Source of the DNA: Eledone cirrhosa
Lineage: Eukaryota
Length of the DNA: 64,000 nt
Assembly: GCA_964016885.1 (NCBI GenBank)
Contig: OZ024741.1
Span: 207,886,001 to 207,950,000 of the forward strand
Direction of reading: 5' to 3'
The notes beneath the pieces are model-generated. The model was not told where the DNA came from. It made no database searches and worked only from the letters and a program-made list of their open reading frames with translations. Positions 27,814 to 42,523 of the stretch are shown here, piece by piece. The number at the start of each line of letters is the position of its first letter. Position 1 is the first letter of the stretch. A program made the position numbers and the translations under genes.

Positions 27814-28381
27814 GGGGAGGGGGTGAAAAAGAGAGAAAGAAAGAGAGATTCGAAACCACTAATACACTAATATAATTTCTGTGTTGTCGTTTGCTGCAGT
27901 ATATGGCTTTGTTTTTGTATGTATGTACTTGTGTGTGAGTGTGTGTCTGTTATGTGTTTGTATGTTATATTGCGTGTGTATGATTGTTTTGTTGAGAGTG
28001 TGCTAGCCATGTAGGTGTTAAATTATGGAATATAATGCCTATCAGTGAGTGATTGCTTGTGATGCATATAATTATGTATGCATGCGCGTATATGCAAGGG
28101 TACATAGTTATATCTTTGCATATATATATTATGCAAAAACACATAGAAAGGAACCCCATACATACATACATAGATTTATATATACATATTAACATAAATA
28201 CATAATACATACTTCTATACAGACACACACACATATATATATATGTGTGTGTGTGTGTATGTATGTATGTGTGTGTTTGTGTGTTTGTGTGTATGTAAAA
28301 GGCAAACAAAAATAACAACACGATCGGTACAGTATATGGAAGGAATATATTAGGTTAACGCTTGAAATAGCAGGAAGAGGG

Positions 28382-28417
28382 TCTTAAGGTTTCGGACGTT
28401 AGTCCTTCATCAGAAGG
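28382..28417 (-). ncRNA. Degenerate minimal HHR of Penelope pseudo-LTR type
   Basis: CTT-CTGATGA-A-GGAC taac GTCC-GAAA-CC-TT-AAG; stem III is mismatched. Confidence 0.5.
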
Positions 28418-28478
28418 AAGAATGAGAAATAAGATAGATAAAAATAACAGGTCCATTCATATATATACAGAGAGAGAG

Positions 28479-28550
<72 letters not shown>

Positions 28551-29728
28551 CCTCTAATGACTGACACCAGTAAATGTAAAAATAAAAATGATACACACAC
28601 ACATAAGTATATGCACACGTAATATATCTCTTTTACCTGTGTCTTTATATTTACAGGGTTGCTGTGTACTGGTTTATCGTGGATCTGTAAACACATACCG
28701 TCTTCACTCACTTGAAGGCAACACTATCAGAACACTATCAGCCTGAAAATATCCCACATCAACTGACACTGGTGTCTTATAAACGATTCATTCTACCCAA
28801 CCCCACCTTGCGTAACTTTACAACAATCCCACCACAATGTATGAAATGGTTCTCTAAGGATTACGAAAAAGCATTATTATTTTATAATTCTTTTATTATT
28901 CAAGAATAAAGGAATGTCTTTTGATTCATGTCTATTCTGTTTCCATTTTTATAAATTGTCAATTCTATTCGTTTTTTTTAAAATGTATTTTATTGTTGTT
29001 ACTTTGGTGGTTGTTAGAGTTCATTTTTTTTTTTTTTTTGCTTTTTGTTAGGAATTTCTTATGCTTTATTTTTGTTGTTTGGTTTTTAAATTATGTTGTG
29101 TCTGCTGAAATGGTAGGGCGGGTGGGTGTTGTTAATGTTGGATAAAGTTAATAAGAAACTTGCAATGACAAAGAACTACAACGCATTTCCTTAATAATTA
29201 TGTTTGAGGTTAATATGAAAGAAAACGACTATGAGGACGACAGTGATGATGATGATGGAGGTGGTAATGTTAATGGTGTCGATCATTATTAATATTGTTG
29301 TTGTTGTTGTTGCTGTTGCTGTTGCTGTTGTTGCTGTTGCTGTTGTTGTTTTTGTTGTTTTGATGACGAAAACAGAAGCCTGAGAAAGTCGAACAGAATT
29401 CCTCACAAGAGTTCAAGGAGAATTCTTTTGTCAACAAATAATGGTGATGATGTTTGTGGTGATGATAATCAGGATGGTGGTGGCGGTGGGGGGGGGGGAT
29501 GTCGACGATGGTGATAAGGAAGATAGTAGGAAGATTATGATGGTATTGATGATAGGGATTATGATGATGACGGTGATGATGACGACGATGATGATGATGA
29601 TGGTGATGGTGGTGATGGTGGTGATGGTGATGATAATAACAACAATGATGATGAAATGTTTACAATTGATAATAGTTAGAAAGAATAATTTTGATTTCCG
29701 TCAGATCACAACAATGATAATTATAACA

Positions 29729-29760
<32 letters not shown>

Positions 29761-31699
29761 AATGATGAAGATTATGTGTGATTATGATGATAATAGTGAT
29801 GTGACGTTAAAATGAAATCAGTCTAATAAGCGAAGGTGAACGAATATTTAAAATGTGTTAAATGGACCAAAATATTTGGCACTAATTATCAATTAATTTT
29901 ATTGTTTGTTTAATATCAATTATAAGCGTGGAGGAATGATAGCTACTCCACACCTCTAATTATACACCACGTCTATTACTACAAACACTACTACAGCCGT
30001 CACCAATATGTCTCTCCTCGCACACAGTCTCAACCACCACCACTACTACCACCGTCGTTATATCCTACACCTGCTCCTTCCAATATGTGCCACCATCAAC
30101 AACATGTAATACCAAGCTGTAACTGTTCCTACCTAGTTAACATAGATTTTTGGTTTTGTTGGCTTGCATTGAAATATTGTTTGAATTTACGAGGGGTGAT
30201 ACATACTCATAAGTGTGTTTTGAAAGATGTTAATATAATGATTAGATCTTACTTTTTTTAATGAGATTATTAACATTTTACTAGGTCCTTATTCTGTGCT
30301 TAGTGGCCTTTTTTGAGCGCGGTTTAGAATATCTGGGTGTCTAGCGATGACAGAAGTACAGAGTATGGATGAAATTTGAGATAAGTTTGTCCCGATGAAG
30401 AATAGGGTGCGTACTTTGCATGTTAATAAGATACGGGTCTAGGGTAGATTGGAATCCACGAAAGTTAGATGAGAGAAGGGAGAATTGTCTAGCAGGTTTT
30501 GTGTAATCCATTGGCACCAAGGGATGTGGAGGGGGTGTTGTTAGACCGTGAGGTCACAATACCTCATCACCAGAATCTTAATTTGAATGTTTGCAAGAGG
30601 GCAAACTCTTCTAAAGACACACGTGTTAAACGGAGCAGCGTGAGGTGCTTACCAACCACATCCTCCCTCAAATATGCAGAAAATATATAATGCAGTCCTA
30701 AATATACAAAAGAAAAAACAACGGAGCCTGTTACTGCTGGAACACCTTTATCTCAGTTGACCTCGCAACCATTTTAATCTTAGTACGAGTTAAAGAAGGA
30801 GCTTCAGTATGAACCCAAATCTTCTTCAAATCACAGCATACCATCTTTAAAAAGTGGAAGACATATTAGATATTGAAGTCACAGATATACAGAAAGATGG
30901 GATGATCATGACTGGAACGTCTTTAATCATACGACTGCATGATCAAAGCTGACCTGGAGCTAAACAACAATAAATTGTTGTAGAACAGTTCGTTAAGATG
31001 TGTGGAGAAGAGGTATGTCTTAATTATTAAATCTTTGTGCCAAATAATAATAAATAAATAGATAAATAAATAAATAAATAAACAAAAAGCAATCATGCAA
31101 GAAAAATGTGCTAATTCTTCATTATAAGCGAAGTCGTATGGTGTGTGTAATTATTTAGGGTCCGTAGTCGATCTGGGTCCGAAGTTGATCCCACGATTTC
31201 TAGTTGAAGAAACTTATTTCCTTTTTGTACTACTTATATATAACCTACGTTCAGAAAAGCATGAACACCACACACCCTCTCTAACCTTATGTTATTAGAA
31301 ACGGACTATCTGGATGAGCGACCAAGGAAAGAATTAACATCCCTATGTGGTGACGAGTCGTATGAATTCCTGTGACCCACCTAGAGTAAAATACGTAATA
31401 TTAATTGCTTTACAAATGCCTTCACGCCAAATTAATCAAGCATTATTATTGTTGTTTTTACTGCAGTTGCTATTATTATTACCATTATTGTTATTATTGT
31501 TATTATTATTATTATTATTATTATGATTATTGCAATTGTTTCCTGTATTAATTGTCATCGCTATGTTGTCATCATTTTATTGTAACTTTTTGAAATGGAG
31601 GGGCATATAATGTTGATCATGGGTGGGTGGGTGGGATATGTGATGCGGTGCTTGTGGCTGTGGTAGTGAGAAATACTGGTGTTAGTGATGTAGTGGGTT

Positions 31700-32345
31700 A
31701 AGGTGGGGGATGTTGTTAGGAATATAGTGGTGGTGGCAGTGGTGATGGTGGTGATGGTGGTGGTGTTGGTGGTGGTTGCAGCGGTGGTGATGGTGGTGGT
31801 GTTGGTAGTGGTGGTTGTGGTGGTTGTGGTGGTTGTGGTTGTGGTGGTGGTGGTGGTTGCAGTGGTGGTGGTGATGGTGGTGGTTGCGGTGGTGGTGTTG
31901 GTGGTGGTGGTGGAAGTGGTGGTGGTGGTGGTTGCAGTGGTGGTGATGGTGGTGGTGGTTGTAGTGGTTATGGCTGTGGTGGTGGTGGTGATTGCGGTGG
32001 TGGTGGTGGTGATGGTGGTGGTGGTTGTGGTGGTGGTGATGGTGGTGGTTGTGGTGTTGGTGATGGTGGTGGTGGTGGTGATGCTTGTTGTGTTTGGCGG
32101 TGCTGGTTGCGGTTTTGGTGGTGGGGATTAGTGGTGGTTTTTTCTGGTCGCGGTGGTGGTGGGAGTGGTGGTGGTGATGGTTGTGGTGGTGATGCTTGTT
32201 GTTGTTGTGTTTGGTGGTGGTGGTGGTACTGGTTGTGGTGGTGGTGGTGATGGTTGCTGATGTTGTTTTGTTTGGTGGTGTTAGATTATGGCATAATGAA
32301 TAATTACGAGTACATATGGGTGTTGGTGTTGGTGTTGGTATTAAT
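31700..32345. repeat. Degenerate (GGT)n tract
   Basis: Direct reading. Confidence 0.92.
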
Positions 32346-32676
32346 GATGGTGGCGTTGGTAAAGCTGTTTTTAATGGTTAGATGGTTTGAGGTGACTGAA
32401 AATGATATGTAACTATTGTTGCTGTTATTGTCGTCATTGTCATCGTTTTTTCCTTGATCTCCAAGTAGGTTCTAATCAACAGACCTAGGATCAAAGACAT
32501 TCCAGGCATGAACATCTCCCATCTTTGTAATGTATAGGTTTCATATTAATAGGCATGGTGTTCTGTCTATGTTAATGGTGTATGTTGTGTATAATGTTGC
32601 GTTATGTATGAGTATGGGCGTGTATGTGAAAAATAAATTTGTCTCTCACTCTCTCCGCGGCTTTCTCTCTCTCTCT

Positions 32677-32851
<175 letters not shown>

Positions 32852-32894
32852 CATATATAAGAAGAAATTAAAAGATGGTTAAAAAAGTTCCACG

Positions 32895-32965
32895 TATTTT
32901 ATTATGCGCATTTCAAAAACAAATATCATCCAGGGACGATATTTGCGTTCTCATCAGATAAAATA
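32895..32965 (-). ncRNA. Minimal type I hammerhead ribozyme (family A-type, intact core)
   Basis: TATTTTAT-CTGATGA-GAACGCAAATATCG..TGATATTTGTTTTT-GAAA-TGCGCA-TA-ATAAAATA. Confidence 0.82.
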
Positions 32966-33639
32966 GGGAGATATGATGTGAAGCTTAAAAAAGACACTTG
33001 TGAGCAAGGTAGTGTCTAAACAACATTTGATAAATAAATTTAAAAGGATATAGGAGATTGGAAAAGGGAAAGGAAGGGGAGAAAAGTAAGGAAGATGAAG
33101 AAAGGAAAAAGAAAAAAGAAGGAAAGGATAACGGAGGAAGATTATAAGAAGGAGGAAGGAGAGAGAAAGAGAGAGGAGAGACAAGAGAGAGAGATAAACA
33201 TTTAAACTGAGAAACGCTGTCTCACACAGAGAAATGACTGAAAAAAACGGTTGTAAAATTTATAAATAAATTAAATAAATTAATAAGATTTTAAATTTAA
33301 AAGTTAATGAGGTTTATGGATGATGATGCTTATGATTACAGATATAGAAATTAAGTATACTATTTATTTAGGGTTTAAATAGTGAAGGATTTATTAAGAA
33401 GTGCAAAAATTTATTAAAAAAAATTATTAAGATAAAATTAAGTGAAATAAGATAAGGTGAATGAAAATAAAGTTAGATGATTTATTAGCATAGAAGACGA
33501 TATAGGGTCCTAGTATGTTTCAATAGATTGTAATATAAAAAGTACACATCAAACTTTATTAACAACGAAGGAACATACTGAACAGGATGTAGTTATTCAA
33601 AAGATTTTAAAAGTTTTGCTGGTATATTTTAAATTTTAC

Positions 33640-34012
<373 letters not shown>

Positions 34013-34050
34013 ATGTGTGCGTGTATGTACATATATATATATATATATAT

Positions 34051-35916
34051 ATATTTATTAAATAACAGATTAAAGTTTAAGCAAAGAATCGCTGCTTTCA
34101 CCCTTAACGGGATCTTCTGAAACTAACAAAGTCAATCTGTAAACGCAGAACTGGATATTTCAAAAAACGTTGCAACCGGAGGAAGACAGGAAGACGATAC
34201 TTTGGTTCGTGGTAACGTTCGCTGGCAAAGAACGGGAAAAAACGAATAATACGTCATTAATAGGAGCGGTGAAAAACAATTACGCGCAAAGACAAAACCA
34301 CGTTTATGGTATAAAAGAGGTCGTAGACTAATGTTCTCTTAGGTGGTGCATAGAGACGTTCTCTGGCAATGAACGAAAAAACGAAGATAATAAGTCATAT
34401 GTGGAGCGTGGAGAACAATAGCACGCAAAGACAAAACCACGTAAATGGTATAGCAGAAATCGTAGACTAAAATTCTAACTAGGAGACCAAATGAATCTCC
34501 GCTACAGAGTTAAGAACAAAGTAAATAAATACAATACAGATGTAATAGGAACAAATAAATACATACACGCAAACAGATACGTACATACACAAGCATACGC
34601 AAAACCTTACCAAGGGTATACAAAACCACGCACATATAAATATGTGTGTGTGTGTATGCTTGTGTCCAAATAAATAAGTAATTATATAAACGTATATAAG
34701 CAAATAAATACGTATATAACAAGCGCACACGCATACCTACATATAAATACACGAATGTTCGGAGACGTAAGTCAACTAAAACAAGAAGTACACATATACA
34801 CACACCCACCATACGTACGAACCTGCACACTCACGCGGACGCAAAACTCCCGTATACACATAGCCAAACCCTAAATACCAGAATATGTAAAAATTATACG
34901 CTATAACAGTCAAATATACGTACGAGAAGGTATACATACCTTCACAAAACATACGGGTAATATATACTTACCTATGCAAATAAGTAAAGGAATAAACAAA
35001 ACATATACTTAGCTCCCACATCAAGACGTAAAATATCCACGTATAGATCGTGCTATCCGTTAGGGTATAACGTGGGGCTGTAATACAGGAAAGTTTTGTG
35101 CAATTTATGTTTACAAGCCGAAATTGCCTCAGATTTTTTGTTTAAGATGTGGTCTGTAGCGTAGAGTATTTCCAGGGCCTCAGCGGCGCAGAGGTCACAT
35201 GGTCTTTTATTTCCGTTATACGATCTAGCCCTAGCTAGGATCTCCCAGTGTAACTTATATTGGGTGTGGTTGTCTTTTAGACTCCAGATATAAGCTGAAA
35301 GTGACGTCATATTCCTTCTTAGAGGGTAACGAAAAGAGTGGGTATGCATGTAAAGACGCTGCTTGAAACTATTGGCGGTTAACCCTATGTAGGCCCTGGT
35401 CTCCTAGTTAGAATTTTAGTCTACGATTTCTGCTATACCATTTACGTGGTTTTGTCTTTGCGTGCTATTGTTCTCCACGCTCCACATATGACTTATTATC
35501 TTCGTTTTTTCGTTCATTGCCAGAGAACGTCTCTATGCACCACCTAAGAGAACATTAGTCTACGACCTCTTTTATACCATAAACGTGGTTTTGTCTTTGC
35601 GCGTAATTGTTTTTCACCGCTCCTATTAATGACGTATTATTCGTTTTTCCCGTTCTTTGCCAGCGAACGTTACCACGAACCAAAGTATCGTCTTCCTGTC
35701 TTCCTCCGGTTGCAACGTTTTTTGAAATATCCAGTTCTGCGTTTACAGATTGACTTTGTTAGTTTCAGAAGATCCCGTTAAGGGTGAAAGCAGCGATTCT
35801 TTGCTTAAACTTTAATCTGTTATTTAATAAATATTTGCTCTACGGTTCTTATATATTTGATATATATTTTCCTTATCGAGCCCTCTTTGGATTTTAGTCT
35901 TCAATTTTATTATTAT

Positions 35917-35919
<3 letters not shown>
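34051..35919 (-). mobile_element. 5'-truncated PLE (Naiad-like GIY-YIG end) with inverted pseudo-LTRs
   Basis: Arms 34051-34489 and 35397-35834 are almost identical in inverted orientation; tail 35835-35919. Minus-strand AYIGLTANSFKQRLYMHTHSF..TSLSAYIWSLK..CDLCAAE..LNKKSEAISACKH. Confidence 0.92.
35761..35811 (+). ncRNA. HHR-like motif with variant core; mirror copy at 34074-34124 minus
   Basis: AGTTT-CAGAAGA-TCCC gttaa GGGT-GAAA-GCAG cgattct TTGC-TT-AAACT. Confidence 0.6.
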
Positions 35920-35951
<32 letters not shown>

Positions 35952-35961
35952 TACACGCACG

Positions 35962-35996
<35 letters not shown>

Positions 35997-36865
35997 TGTT
36001 CGCAGTGTAGTTTAATATTGAGGTCACCCTCTCTTGTAGACTACCAAGACTATTATATATATATATACACATATATACGTGTGTGCGTGTGTGTGCGTGG
36101 GGTGTATGTATATGTGTTTCTGTCTTTGTCAGTGTCGGTGTGGGAGTGTAAGAGAGAGAGAGACAGAGACAGAGAGAGAGAGGGGGTGGGAGAGGAACAG
36201 ATATAGATATGGCGAATGTATTGTGTAAATTTCAAGACACCGATGAGATCAGATAAATTGTGTTTTACATAGTCGTTCTATATATCCCAGGAAGTCAAGT
36301 CGTATGTCACCAGTTTGTATCCTGTGACCAATTGTGTGTGCTGAATCGTTGAGTTATAACATTCAGATTTCAACATACCTGCCTATGTTTTAGGGCTGGA
36401 TATATGTTTTACCTCAATCTGTTGTAATATGAAGAAGATGTCATTGCGAATGAGAGGTGTCAAATGTCGGAACCACACAGAGAGTCTCTAGTTGACACCT
36501 GTATCTCATCGGGATAAGCCGTCAAATTGGCATTACAATGTTACTGGAAATAGAATATTTTCCGTTATTCGTTCCGGTTCTGAAGCACACAGTTCAATTC
36601 CGCCGAGATCAACTCTACCTTTTATATTTCGTTGTCGATAAATAAATTATCAGTCCACTACTGAGACCAACCTACCCCCACAGCTCTGTCTCTCTCTCTT
36701 TCTGTGTGTTCAGATCTGGCGAGAGATTGGATTCGCTAAGATAAGCTGAATCTCATGATGGCGCCCCTACGTCACCATGATGATTTAAGAACACATGTAG
36801 AGCATGGCATGGATAGTACCTTGACAGACTTGGATGTCAAGAAATGAAAGTAGAGTACATAGTAT

Positions 36866-36999
<134 letters not shown>

Positions 37000-37734
37000 G
37001 TGTGTGTGTGTGATTGTCTGCCTGTGGAAGTCTGTGTGCTTCAGTATATTTGCGGGTGTTCACTGTGTGATTAGTGCTTCAGTATATAGTAACATGCTGT
37101 TGTTATTTTCACACACACACACACACATACACACATTTAGAAATATTCTCACAAGTATACACAAGTAGACTAATTACATTATCTAACACTAAGAGTTTTA
37201 TAATCATTTGCAGGTGTAAATTGAGGCAATGTATATACGTATGTATGTATGTATGTATGTATGTATGATACGTGTATATATGTTAGTATGTTTACGTGTG
37301 TGTATGTATGTATGTTGTATATATACATACATTGTATATGGTGTGTTTGTGTATATCTATATATATATGTATGTGTACAGTCCCATGTACAGTACATGTG
37401 AATATCAATGAGTGGCTCATCAAGATTCAAAGATATTTCAAGTAGAGTAGAATTGTTTAAGTGATGAAAACAATTAGCATTATCCAGCAAGTCAAACGAC
37501 CAGCCAGCTATAATTATTGAGTGGTGGTCACTTGGACTCTGACTTAATGTTCTTGTGACGTCAATGTTAAATAATAGTCACATAGTCTTTCTAATTAACT
37601 CCTCTCTCTTGCTATATTTTTCAAACTATTTATTTTCTCTTTTTCTCACTATTTTTCTCTATGCATGTATGATATACATGTTCATATACACACATACACA
37701 AACACACACATATACACGGACACACATACATACA

Positions 37735-38080
<346 letters not shown>

Positions 38081-39224
38081 ATATATATATATATCGATCA
38101 GAGACAACATTGTTTCAATATATCGGACTGAGTGCCAGTTAGTAAAGGTGGTACCGGTTTCACCATTCAATGTTTTTACGTGGATTGCATGCTCAGCGCT
38201 AAAAAGTGTGGATTAACACCGATATATGTTTGTTGTTGGCAGAGTGTTTATAATAAGAAAGAGATCAGTTCAACATGGTTCAATCGTAATCAAAACACCA
38301 ATGGAGGATGAAATTGAGAGGTGACAATTGTCAAGCGTCATTTACGTAGTTAATTTCTTTGCTCGAAAGAACAGCACCGACTTTAAAAAATTGGCTTAGA
38401 TATTTCTAATGAGCGAGAGGAAAGGAAAATGGCCCTGCTTGGAATATCCTTGATTGTTAGTCTACATATTCAGGGTTGATATGTGGCTAAACAACAACCG
38501 GCCTTTGAATCGATATATGCTCGTAACTAATGTGTTTGTGTTTTGCTCTTTCACGCAGATGGCGTCAGTGAGGAGTTTATTCACGCCAGTATATATTATA
38601 ATATAGTCGTGCCTCATGCTTAAGGCTCATCAGGCTGGAGTTTAACTTAAATTCGTGTGGCTTTAAGCTACAGAAATATACGACTCACCTCTAGACGACA
38701 TGCCAGTCTGTCGCAGGGTTAACCACCAACTTTTTGTGTATTATATTTTTATTTTTTAGCTGAGTTCATAAGGTTGTGGTATGAAACAACATACCACAAC
38801 CTTATGAACTGGGGCGTATCACTCTAACGTTAACATATATTTACTTAATGCTACTCTCATCACTATAACAAGTAAAGTAAAGTCCGAGGACATTAAATAA
38901 CGGCAAAGCATATCCGAATCTCTTGCTTTCAAATGCCAAAATAATAAAAATAATATCAAATATTAGTCAATGACTAATATTGTCTTATTCTACGCTACAC
39001 AATGATGGTAGCAATAGCTGTATAATAATATATACGTTGATCCTTGACTGACATTGTTTGTTGAGCTTTTACATGAAATGGAAACTTGAGGGATTTTCAG
39101 TGTAATAAGTGCAGGGCGAGTAATGGATATTTGCCAACAGTAATAAGTGCAAGAACAACACCGAAATATTCTAAATCAATATTCTGCCGTCAGTGTAATT
39201 ACATGCACACACCTAGCCCCATCC

Positions 39225-39299
<75 letters not shown>

Positions 39300-39306
<7 letters not shown>

Positions 39307-39367
39307 ACTCGAACTATTTCATTTGAAAGAAATTATCAGAAAAGCTTATTGAACCCTGCATACATAC

Positions 39368-39398
<31 letters not shown>

Positions 39399-39858
39399 TG
39401 TATGTATGTATGTATGTATGTATGTATGTATGTTTGTATGTTTGTATGCATGTATGTATAGAAGGATGAATGGATGGATAGCTGTATGTATACATACAGA
39501 AATATATATATATATATATATATATATAACGAAGGAAATGTGGTACGGAACCAGATGGACCATAACGCACCAAAGAACTCAATACTTAGGGTAGTAGAGT
39601 GGGTAATAGGAACGAGTAGGACCCCGACGGCTGAGCTCAAGCCGTTTCGACGGCTAATTCTGGACTAAATATTTAGTGCAGAATGTTTAGTCCAGAATTA
39701 GCCGCCGAAACGGGTTGAGCTCAGCCGTCGGGGTCCTACTCGTTCCTATATATATATATATATATATTTCTGTATGTATACATACGGCTATCCATCCATT
39801 CATCTTTCTATACATACATGCATACAAACATACAAACATATATACATACATACATACA

Positions 39859-39921
<63 letters not shown>

Positions 39922-39985
39922 GTATGTATGTATGTATCAGCTTTTCTGATAATTTCTTTCGAATGAAACAGTTCGAGTCCACACA
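39300..39985. repeat. ~690 bp palindrome: inverted family K pair at the centre plus mirrored flanks
   Basis: gtggactcgaacta..tacagaaa (39300-39502) mirrored at about 39767-39985; K arms 39528-39670 and 39686-39748. Confidence 0.88.
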
Positions 39986-39997
39986 CACACACACACA

Positions 39998-40073
<76 letters not shown>

Positions 40074-40120
40074 TATATATATATACATATATATATATAC
40101 ATACATATATATATACATAG

Positions 40121-40209
<89 letters not shown>

Positions 40210-40260
40210 TATATATATATACATATATATATATACATACATATATATATATATACATAG

Positions 40261-40323
<63 letters not shown>

Positions 40324-40353
40324 CGTATATATATATATACATATATATATATA

Positions 40354-40970
40354 CAAACACACCGAGCATTATAATAAATGTTCGGTGAATCCATACGTAC
40401 ATATATATATGTGTGCATGTATGTATATATATACATACTACTGTACGTGTGTATACATATATGTATGTACGTATACATAATTATTTTTAAGAAACAGCCG
40501 TACTAAGAGTGAGAAATGAAATTCCGTTTCATTTTTTCCGTTTATCGTTTTCGGTGCGCCCGGCCGATTAACTCATTCGATATGCAAATTAGGGTGCTCA
40601 GCCGTTAATATGCATAAGGAAAGTATATACTGTCAGACGTTCAATCATCTGGCTGGAAGGTATACGGTGCTGACGATAGCTAATAAGTTTGAAACTAGTA
40701 CATCGTTCCTTTGTCAATGCTGAACAAAAGGGCAGCGATGGTAGCTAAACACTGTACGGCTTAATTCAGGCTGTTTGTTTACAATCACACCGAGCATTAT
40801 AATAAATGTTCGGTGAATCCATACGTACATATATATACGTGTGCATGTATGTATATATACACATACTACTGTACTTACATATATGTATGTACGTATACAT
40901 ACTTATATGTAAGTAACAGCCGTACTAAGCGTGAGAAATGAAATTTCGTTTCATTTTTTTTTTCCGTTCA
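40354..40970 (+). mobile_element. Retrozyme-like element, about 1.4 monomers (428 nt period), HHR at 40664-40706
   Basis: accgagcattataataaatg at 40361 and 40789. HHR: ACGGTG-CTGACGA-TAGC taataa GTTT-GAAA-CTAG-TA-CATCGT. Confidence 0.78.
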
Positions 40971-41104
40971 TATATATACATATATATAAATATATATATA
41001 TATATAAATATACATATATATAAATATATATAAATATACATATATATAAATATATATAAATATACATATGTAAAAATATATATTTTTTCCGTTTATATAT
41101 ATAC

Positions 41105-41137
<33 letters not shown>

Positions 41138-41150
41138 AATATATATATAT

Positions 41151-41428
41151 ATACAATGCAACGGGAGGAAACAATAGCAGCACTGACGATGTTGCAGATG
41201 TGCAACGAAATAACTTTGATAAACTATATTTATGTGTTTGTGTCTATATTGTATCTGTATTATTTTTGATCGTTGGTCAGTCAATGGCAACATTAAGGAC
41301 CGAATAAATTAGATTACCGATATAAAAGACACAGAAGTGAAAAGCGAAAACCAACCAAACAGTGAATGTGTTCTGTTATTAATTCTGGCAATATTACACA
41401 AATATGACCCTCCCCAAGTATAACAACA
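41151..41428 (+). mobile_element. Pseudo-LTR family B' with HHR at 41181-41220
   Basis: Homologous to 58787-59054. Confidence 0.8.
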
Positions 41429-41449
41429 TATACACACATATATATATAA

Positions 41450-41515
<66 letters not shown>

Positions 41516-41517
<2 letters not shown>

Positions 41518-41718
41518 TGGCTGCCAACTCGTTTTCGAGTACGGCCACTACTTTATATCCATGTAGGAGAACCCCTACCGATGCAATGAACGAATGTGAC
41601 TTTTTAGTCCAGCCAGCGACTTGAAAACTCTGGTACAAAGACTACACTTGTGACAATTATTGACACATAGTGCTGGGCCCATGGTACCATGTGACGACAA
41701 GTGCAGAGAGATCTCCAG
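41516..41718 (-). mobile_element. RTE (BovB-like) LINE 3' end
   Basis: Terminal C2H2-like CSLCTRVFKSLAGLKSHIRSLH*, then a short UTR with ctcgaaaacgag stem-loop. Confidence 0.7.
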
Positions 41719-41788
41719 ATATATATATATATATATATATGCATATATATACACATATATATATATACATATATACATATATATATAT

Positions 41789-42110
41789 AACTTTGAATAA
41801 CTTTGAAATGTTTTGGTCAGTATTGGCCCAGGCCATGTCTAACTTAATAGCACCACCTGGCGAAGTCTTTCAATTCAGGATTTGGGCACCATGGCCCATT
41901 CGAGAAGAGAATTACTGTTTGCGGAGACATATCCGGGTGTGGGTGGTTTGTCCGGGATTACTTGGAGGAATTTGTCCAAAGACTTCTTGAATTTTGTGTG
42001 GTCAGTTTCTGTTTTGACGTGTCCTGGTGTGATGTTGAAGAGAGCAGGGCCAATTGAGGTGAAATAATTGTACCGTATTGTTGTTATGAGTTGCGATTTA
42101 GATTTTTGAA
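41789..42110 (-). mobile_element. CR1-group LINE 3' end
   Basis: [41 protein letters not shown]; ends in tandem ttcaaagtta repeats. Confidence 0.75.
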
Positions 42111-42243
42111 TGTGTATATATACATATATATACACATACATATATATATATATATACATATATATATACATATATACAAATAAACACATGTATATACATA
42201 TATTTACATATATATATACACATATATATACACACACACACAT

Positions 42244-42291
<48 letters not shown>

Positions 42292-42296
42292 ACATA

Positions 42297-42357
<61 letters not shown>

Positions 42358-42369
42358 CATATAAACATA

Positions 42370-42523
<154 letters not shown>

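Noticed and set aside
28638-29379. Possible upstream non-coding exon of the GPCR
   Set aside because: Only generic splice-like signals; cannot be supported without transcripts
38586-38637. Minus-strand CTGATGA followed by a GCCTT/GAGGC stem
   Set aside because: GAAA is absent. Similar partial hits near 19900 and 27020 also fail to give a complete fold.
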